Assembly: GCA_051294375.1 (NCBI GenBank) | Contig: CM119270.1 | Span: 6,751,279-6,815,278, forward strand | Origin: Paraspadella gotoi | Lineage: Eukaryota > Animalia > Chaetognatha | DNA length: 64,000 nt | Reading direction: 5' to 3' | Shown here: positions 55,076 through 64,000 of the stretch, piece by piece | How the letters are laid out: each line of letters opens with the position of its first letter | How positions within the stretch are numbered: the first letter of the stretch is position 1 | Notes under the pieces: model-generated | The model's input: only the letters and a program-made list of their open reading frames with translations | What the model was told of the DNA's origin: nothing | Database searches by the model: none | Translations under genes and position numbers: made by a program

Positions 55076-55420
55076 ATGAAGGAGGAAAGTAAAAATGAGG
55101 AAGAGGACTGGAAGAAGGAAGATTAGAAAGAGGAAGGAGGAAAGGAAAAAAGAGGAAGAGGACGAGAAGAAGTAAGAAGAGAAAGAGGAAGGAGGAAAGT
55201 AAAAAAGAGGAAGAGGACGAGAAGAAGGAAGAAAAGAAAGAGGAAGGAGGAAAGGAAAAAAGAGGAAGAGGACTGGAAGAAGGAAAAAGAGAAAGAGGAA
55301 GGAGGAAAGGAAAAAAGAGGAAGAGGACTGGAAGAAGGAAGAATAGAAAGAGGAAGGAGGAAAGAAAAAAGAAAAAGAGGAAGAGGACTAGGAGAAGGAG
55401 GAAGAGGAAGAGGAAAACCT
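55076..55420. repeat. 55-bp near-pure polypurine minisatellite (about 6 units)
   Basis: AGGAAGGAGG recurs at 55131, 55186, 55241, 55296 and 55351. An error-rich copy lies at about 57780-58115. Confidence 0.85.
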
Positions 55421-55833
55421 TAACGACAAAAACACAATAACCTTTTCATCTCACCGCCAAGTGATTCTCTTTTTTTTTCTTTCTCTTCCGTTGGCGTCTG
55501 AGTGACTCGACGGAAAACTTTTCAGTCGGTTGGTTCCTTTTTCCGTCTCGTTATATCCGTCCGTCCGTCCGTCCGACCGTTCGTCCAGCTTCTTTTCATT
55601 TAAATGAGAAATTGTCAATTTTGTGAAAAGATGTTGATGTAACTGAAAGTCGATCAGGCGAAAAATTATATTTTGAATTACCTAATAATAAGTAAGTAAT
55701 TTACCTAATTCATAATATGACATTTACATTTTCCCTAACAAATTCCCTTATAGTTATAAGTTTCGCATTTCAGTTATTGACATCTGAATTATGCACTCCG
55801 TTCTGTTCTCAGTGAAAGATGTCAAAACTTTCC

Positions 55834-55880
<47 letters not shown>

Positions 55881-56311
55881 CCAGTCATCGCCTTTACCCT
55901 CAAAATGATGGATGAAGCCTCTCACTCATCTTCCTCCTCTTCCTCCACCTCCTCCACCTCATCTTCTTCCTTCTCCTCCTCCTCATTCTCCTCCTCCAGC
56001 TCAGATTGAGTTTACGTTAACCTTTTTTTGTCGAGACTAAATTCCTCGCTTCTTTTTGATCTAAGCGGGTTCTTTGGTGGAAGAGTATATTTTTATTATT
56101 TTATTATTTCGAATGGTATAGTGTATACTTAAGAGGAATGAAGGATTCCGGTCCATCCATCATTCTGGCCTGAAGATTAAAATATTTAAACTTGATTGGA
56201 AAAATATTCGGAAAGGGATCACGGGGAAAGGATTCAGAATGACGGGAAAGTAAGGGTAAGTTAAGTGGATGAGACCTTACCATCCATCACAAAAAATAAG
56301 GAGGATATCCT

Positions 56312-56343
<32 letters not shown>

Positions 56344-56721
56344 AAATATTAGTGAATGCAATTGTTAAATATCCTTGTGCAATTCGAAGGTTAAACTTGA
56401 TGGACAAAATTACTTAGTTTCGAGAAAGCAATGGCTGAATATCCATCGTCGATATAGTGTTCTATCTAAGGACGAGATTTCCACTCTCCATAGGTCTGTC
56501 TTCTGACGGATTGTAGCTCTCTCGACGTCCACATTAGATTCGTTTTTTTTTTGATCGAGTGCTATATTAGAATTACAGAAAATTTTTCAGATCTTTTTTT
56601 TTTTTTAAATTTTATTCTATATACTGTATGCAAAATTCTTTTTAAATTCTGCTTTCTTGCTTGTCTCTCTCTTCCTTCCTCTATTCCTTCTCTTTCTCTC
56701 TTCTCTCTCTCTCTCCTCTCT

Positions 56722-56772
<51 letters not shown>

Positions 56773-58580
56773 CTCTGCTCTCTCTTCTCCCTCTCCTTCC
56801 ACTTCTTTCTTCCCCGTCCCCCATTCCGGATCGCGCGACTTCATTTTTTTTACGATCGACACTCGAATTTCGTGTTTCGTCGTCGCGATGAAAGCCAATT
56901 CATTATTCAAAAACCGGAGTGCAATCCCGAAGAATTGGAAGAGAGAGAGAGAAGAGAGAGAGAGGGAGGAGAGAGAAGATGAGAAGAGAGATTGACAGCA
57001 CGCAAAGAGAGAGAGAGAGAGAGAAGAGAGAGAGATGAGAAGAAGAGAACGCAGACGCAGAGACAAAAGGAAGAGAAAGAAAAAGAGGAGAGCGGTGAAT
57101 GTTAAGATGAGGGTGAATAAGATGACAGATTTAGAGGGCTGGTTAGTTTAAGGCAAAAGAGTCTGAGAAACAAGCAGCAGAAATCGAATAAGAGGAGTAG
57201 AGCAGATGAAAAAGAAGTCAGAGAGCAGTATAGAGAGGACAGAGAGGAGAGCAGCTAAAAAGAGTAGTGGGAAGAGCGGGAAGAGATAGAGAGTGAGAGA
57301 GTAATAGAGAGCCGGTAAGAGTAGAGAAGAGAGGAATGTTTTTTAAAAAAAAAAACAAAAAAAACGAGAATTTTCGGAACAATGGTAAAGAGAAGTGCGA
57401 ATCACCACGACGATGAGCGACGACGACGGACACTCGTGACCGACTGACGACGACGACGACGAAAAATTTTGGTCACTACCGTTCGACGACGAAAGAGACT
57501 CTGGATCGACAGTAGCTAAACGAACATAGAAAAAAGATGTATCGAATCGGAATGAGTAAAACATCTCGGAGACCCAATCATTTCGACACACTTTTGAAAC
57601 GCAGCCGAACTTCTGTCTCTTAACATGATCTTCTAAACCTTAAGTGCAATTGTTTCAGTAAAAGTGGAATTTCATTAAGCGGATTCCAAGAACTACACAT
57701 TATTATTACTCAGTTAACTCTTTAATGGCGTTGATTTTTAGTCATGTTACTAGAACGTAAGGGCAAGTGAAGAGTCGAAAATAGAAAGTAAAATGAGGAG
57801 AGGACTGGAATGAAGCAATGTGTAAAGAGAGGTGTAAGAGGAATAGGAAAAAAAGAGAAGATGTACGAGAAGAAGTAAGAAGAGAAAGGAGGAAGGAGCG
57901 AAAGTAAAAAAGAGGCAAGAGGACAGAGAAGAAGAAGAAAAAGAAGAGGAAGGAGGACAAGAAAAAAGAGGAAGAAGGATGCGAAGAAGGAAGAAGAGAA
58001 AGAGGAAGGAGCGATAAGGAAAAGAGGAAGAGGACTGGAAGAATAGAAAGAGGAAGGAGGGAAGAAAAAAGAAAAGAGGAAGAGGACTAGGAGAAGAGAA
58101 GGGAAGAGGGGAAGAACCTTAACGACAAAAACACAATAACCTTTTTCATCTCACCGCCAAGTGATTCTCTTTTTTTCTTCTCTTCCGTTGGCGTCTGAGT
58201 GACTCGACGGAAAAACTTTTCAGTCGTTTGGTTCCTTTTTCCGTCTCCGTTATATTCCGTCCGTCCGTTCCGTCCGACCGTTCGTCCAGCTTCTTTCATT
58301 TAAATGGAGAAATTGTCAACTTTCTGAAAAGATGTTATGTAACTGAAAGTCGATAAGGCGAAAAAATTATATTTTGAGATTACCTAATAAATAAGTAAGT
58401 AATTGTATAATTCATAATATGACCATTTATCATTTTCCCTAATCAAAATTCCCTTACTAAGCTTCCGCGTATTTGCAGTTATTGACATCTGAGATATGCA
58501 CTCCAGTATCTGTCCTCATATGATAAGAGTCATAGCTTCCTCCGGATCTCTCGTCTCTCTCTCGTTCCTTACTTCTACTC

Positions 58581-58637
<57 letters not shown>

Positions 58638-61600
58638 AGAGTGTGTGTTAAAAGACTTCAAGAGGATTCTTTAAAACGCTGCGAAGATCTCTGTGAACAC
58701 AATGTAACACGATTCTGCCATCGATGAAAGAAACACCGTCTATCAAGATTTATTGCGTTAAGATGGGAAAAACATAAAACTTTCTAGAGACGACAATAAA
58801 ATCGCAATTCAGAGAAATTTATTCTAAACTAGGATTACTTCAGAAACTATTGAAAATAATTGGTAACATTGAAATATGTATGGAATGTAAAAAATGGAAA
58901 AGGTTCCATCATAACTTAAGATGATCTGTATATAAAATTTTTCTGTTTTAATTTTACCATTTCCTCGTTTATTTATTTAATGAATTTTTAATTGTTATTA
59001 TTATATTTTATTACATCAATATGTATGTACATAATATCCATGTACGGTCTCGACGATCCTGTGCTATTGTAATGTGTTTTTTATAACATTATTGAGCAGA
59101 ATTAAATCAGAATCAAATCAAGTCCAAATCTCTGCTCTCTCTCTCAAACCAGTCATCGCCTTTACCCTCAAAATGATGGATGAAGCCCTCACTCAGCTGC
59201 TCCCTTCCTCTTCTTCCACCTCCTCCACCTCATGCGGTTCTTTCCTTCCGTCCTGCCCCTCATTCCTACCTCCTCCAGCCAGATTATGAGTTTACGTTAA
59301 CCTTCTTTCTGTCGAGACTCAAATTTTTTTTTATCGCTCCCCCGCTTTTTTTTTCTTTTTTTTTTTTGGAAAAAAAATTCTAAAGACACCAATGAAAAAT
59401 TTAACGTGGCGAAATGTCTCGTGCTGATTTTGTCCTTTAAACCACCTTTGTGTTTCTGAGCCAAATTAATTTGAATCATTACTTTGGTAAATATGTGCGA
59501 TATATACCTACTGCGACATTTACATGTATCTGACCATCACCTTGACCATCAACAAAAAGCTAACGAGTCCAAATATAAGCTAGTAGAAAGAGATGAAGCA
59601 ATATAGCTCGAACACGCTTACAAAATTTTAGACCATTGCTTTTATTAGAAATAGCAAAAAAAATAATATTAATTATATAATTTAAAGAACAAAACTTTAT
59701 GATAAACCTAAAGTTAACCGGGACAAGAGAATATTATTTTACCATCATTTCCTTCAATTTATATGAATCATTTGTTATAATTAGTCAATTAATCTAAATA
59801 ACAGTATGACCAAATTCATTTTCAATTTTTCTTTAGAATGGGAAGTTTTCTCTGCTTACTCCCCTTGTGTCAATTATTTAAATATTTTTTAAAGTATTTT
59901 TCACACGAACTTTTATACTAATTTATATTTTTTCCTTTTTTCAATTCTTTCAAACAAAAACAAACATTTATAAAAACATTTAAATTAATGAAAAAAAATT
60001 GATTGAATGATTTTGAAAAAATATTTGGAAACTGAGAATAATGGATTTGAGTCAGGAAAAAAATTTTGCAATTCTAAAAAAATCAGCCTTAGCCTTTTTT
60101 GATTTTTCTAGAGGCTGATTTTTTTATTTTTTTGATATTTTGATTTTCTATGCAAAAACCATTATTCTCAATGAGCCATAGGTCAGATGAAATTTTTCCC
60201 AACAATTTTGTGAAGAAATTTTTAACTTTTTAAATTTAGGCTTTTTTGGGGGAAATAAATAATAAATATTTATACGATGGGTACATCTGAAAGAGATATG
60301 TCTCTTAAATGTACAAAAAAAATTTTCTTCCAAGTTTTATTTTAAATTTTAAATATTGTTACCAATAGAATAAGTGAGATACTCCCGCTTTGTTGAAATT
60401 TTTATATTATAGAAACAAAAGACTTTGTACTGCGTTAATTAAAAAAATTATTTTTTTAAATTGAAACTTTTGAAAGAAAGAGGTTAGCAAGGTGGTGTGG
60501 TATTCAAATTAAAGCCCTAAATCATGGGACACCTTTCTTAAAGAGTTTTATTAAATTAAATCTATAAATCTTTACACAGACTTTTGTTTAAAATCAGAGT
60601 TAAAAAGTATAACAGGTTTTGTTGCTTTTAAAAATTTCACCATGAAGGCATATGGGATCAATTTCTTTTTACTTTTTCTTCTTGTCATTTTGAAAAATGG
60701 ATAAATGAGCTGAACCTTATCACTCTCTCATTGGTTGCTGTTTTATTATATTAAATTTTTTTTTTATTCCATAAAATTGCTTATATTTCAGTTAAAGTAA
60801 AAAACAAGCAAAATTTATGTTGTAGCTTGATAAAATGTATTTTTAAATATTAAAAATGATAAATACCAAAAATGTTTTTCAGCTTGATATAAACAGTCTG
60901 GACATCTACCTTCTTGTCTGTGAAAAAAAAATCGTCATTTTTCATTATCTTTAACTGCAACTAAAAGCTTGACACACTGCTTGTTTATCATAATAAAGTT
61001 ATAAAAAATTATATAGCTGGGTACGTATTTGACAAAGCAAAAACATCATTGTGTTAAATTGTATTGGATAATTTTCTTTTTTAAATATAGCAAGAAATTT
61101 AATTCTATTATTTATCATCCATTTTAATTAAGACAAAATATTTCTCGTAATAGCCCATTGGAAAGGGTTCATTGACTGACTTAATGATGAAATTTTTTAG
61201 ATTTCTTTACTGCCCCATTTCACAAGATATAAAAGGTCATGGTTATCATGTCAATAAGTCCAGATTATCTGTACCCTTTCTGCAACCTGCATTCCAAAAT
61301 TTTCTTTTTTCCCTTTCAAAGTATTAATAAAAAAAATTATTTAGAGAACAATCGCGTGGAGGATGCCATTGGTAGCCTTAGTTACCCCACTTCCCGGATC
61401 GAATTTTTAAATAAGGTTTTTTTTCATCTATTTGAGACATAACATTAACTATTAGTACTATTTATTTTTTTTTTATTTTTTTCTATTACAATTCTATGAA
61501 TAAATATGAATAAGTAACTTTTTAAAAAAAATTTATCATCTTTCACCCCTATATTCAGTCATATCTAAAAAAACAAAAAAGATTTTGCATTGATATTTTG

Positions 61601-61973
61601 GATATCAACATATGAAACTATAACGTTTCAAAAAATAAAAAGAAATATAATAATATTGAACAGTGAATTTATTTTTATGCACGGAACAGTAATCGTTACG
61701 CCATTTTTCTTGTGTCCTAAGCGGTTCTTTGGTGGAAGAGTATATTTTTTATTATTTTATTATTTTCGAATGTAAGTGTATACTTAAGAGGAATGAAGGA
61801 TTCCCGGTCCATCCATCATTCTGGCCCGAAGATTAAAATATTTAAACTTGATTGGAAAAAATATTCGGAAAGGGATCACGGGAAAGGATTCAAGGAATGA
61901 CGGGAAAGTAAGGGTAAGTTTAAGTGGATGAGACCTTACCATCCATCACAAAATAAGGAGGATATCCTGAGAA

Positions 61974-62008
<35 letters not shown>

Positions 62009-62009
62009 A

Positions 62010-62013
62010 CGGA

Positions 62014-62044
<31 letters not shown>

Positions 62045-62750
62045 GCAATGATGTGGGTCCGCTAAGATTACATTTCCAATCACTTAAAAATAAGTTTCAT
62101 TTGCGGTATGAAGTACCATAGCCGATGAAATTTTAAATGCTAATGTATACAGCGTTAAAATAATCTATCATGACTAATTTATGGTATTAAAATATTTTTT
62201 GTCAAAAATGCTTTCTTCTAAGGTACTCGCTATTAAAAAATATTTAGAAATTGGTACAACCAATATAAAAATTTTTTATTATATATTATACTTACTATAT
62301 AGAGCAAAAATATTTTTTAAAATCTTAAAATTTTTTGATGGGATTCTGATAGAGCATAAAAAGTTAAACAGAAATATAATTACACAGCTTTTAAAATTCT
62401 ACGTTTTCTAAGTGAAAATATAAAAAAACTGATAAAATCAATCGAAGATGATATGATGATGGATTTGTTATAGTTTTTCTTATTTGACACACTTATCATA
62501 AAAATTTTAAAAAAGAATCAATACTTTGTGTAGACAACTTTTATAGCTATCTGATCTGGTCTTAAAATTTAAAAATTCAAAAAAAAAATTTTGGCCTTTC
62601 CTATCTAAAATAAATATTAAAAAATTAATTACTAGGGTATAGAGCCATAATTATAAATTTTTTGTCCATTGAAAAGTATTCTAAAAATGTCTAAATTTCG
62701 TTTGAGCAATGTACTCACTCTAAATNNNNNNNNNNNNNNNNNNNNNNNNN

Positions 62751-62787
<37 letters not shown>

Positions 62788-63462
62788 GCAATGATGTGGG
62801 TCCGCTAAGATTACATTTCCAATCAACTTAAAATAAGTTTCATTGCGGTATGAATTACCATAGCCGATGAAATTTTAAATGCTAAGTATACAGCGTTAAA
62901 ATAATCTATCATGACTAAGTTTATGGTAATAAAATATTTTTTGTCAAAATGCTTTCTTCTAGGTACTCGCCTAATTAAAAATATTTAATGAAATTGGTAC
63001 AACCAATATAAATTTTATTTATATTATACTTACTATATAAGAGCAAAATATTTTTTAAATCTTAAAATTTTTTGATGGGATTCTGATGAGCATAAACAAG
63101 TTAAACAGAATATAATTAACAGCTTTTAAAATTCTACGGTTTTCTAAGTGAAAATATAAAAAAACTGATAAAATCAATCGAAGATGATGATGATGATGGT
63201 ATTTGTTTATAGTTTTTCTTATTTTGACAACACTTATCATAAAAATTTTAAAAAAGAATCAATACTTTGTGTAGACAACTTTTATGAGCTATCTGATCTG
63301 GTCTTAAAATTTAAAAAATTCAAAAAAAAAATTTTGGCCTTTCCTATCTAAAATAATATAAAAAATTAATTACTAGGGTATAGGCAATTATAAATTTTTT
63401 GTCCATTGAAAAGTATTCTTAAAAATGTCTAAATTTCGTTTGAGCAAATGTATCACTCTAAT
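62010..63462 (+). repeat. Tandem duplicate pair (62010-62725 and 62751-63462) around a 25-N gap
   Basis: Collinear near-identity on both sides of the gap. Confidence 0.9.
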
Positions 63463-64000
63463 TTTTGGACTCACCCCATTGAGTGCGGCTCCCCCTATGA
63501 AAGTAATCTGGTCTTACCACGTATCATACGCCCGAATACAGAGTTTGAGTGTAATTCCTCTGAAATATCGCGATAAAAAAAGGATACAAGCAAAAAAAAG
63601 AGTTTGACACATGTGATCTGCTACGATAATTATTAATTAATTAATTAATCGATTAATTAATTAATATATTAATATTTAATATGTAATATTAATTTTAATT
63701 TATTTCAACTTATCATCATCGATGTCTTAAAATTGGGTTAGGAACAGCTTATTAAATATGTTTTGTTTACATTTATCAAAAACAAACAATATCCTCTATT
63801 TTATTTTATGTCTCCTTCTTCTCTCTCTCTCACTCACTCTCCTCTCTCTCGTCTTCTCTGTCTCTCTCTCTCTTCTCGTCTCGTCTCTCTCTCTTTTTTC
63901 TGCAATTAGCGACAATTTATGCTTTTCAGATTTTTTAACTTGCATCATTTTTTCAATTAATTATTATTAATTCATTAATTAATTAAAACATTTATTAGTA

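Larger units (their letters stand above)
50091..58550 (+). repeat. Three overlapping copies of one segment (50091-51212; 54326-55850; 56345-58550)
   Basis: Shared sequence such as GTGTTTCGTCGTCGCGATGAA and GGAGACCCAATCATTTCGACACAC occurs three times. The third copy is very indel-rich. Confidence 0.85.

Overview
Eukaryotic (metazoan, probably invertebrate) genomic DNA. It is AT-rich, dense in (AG)n/(CT)n and (GAC)n microsatellites, and contains N gaps. Most ORF-track entries are microsatellite translations. The one well-supported gene is a multi-exon + strand immunoglobulin-superfamily membrane protein. I assembled it by hand from 9 phase-consistent GT-AG exons between about 10.4 and 33.1 kb: hydrophobic leader, four Ig-like domains, Gly-rich stalk, transmembrane helix and a cytoplasmic PPxY motif. 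Its last exon(s) are not resolved. Much of the window consists of near-identical tandem re-copies with scattered 1-bp indels next to 25-N gaps, most likely long-read gap-filling redundancy. Repeats include two related tRNA-derived SINE-like elements, a TTAA-flanked Kolobok-like MITE, a 3' LINE fragment and several minisatellites. The most interesting signals are (i) G-rich 5' ends and complementary C-rich 3' ends in several introns of the Ig gene, suggesting structure-bridged splicing, (ii) a 543-codon ORF overlapping the first Ig exon out of frame, and (iii) a divergent zinc-finger ORF interrupted by one in-frame TGA. No prokaryotic systems, CRISPR arrays or rRNA are present.
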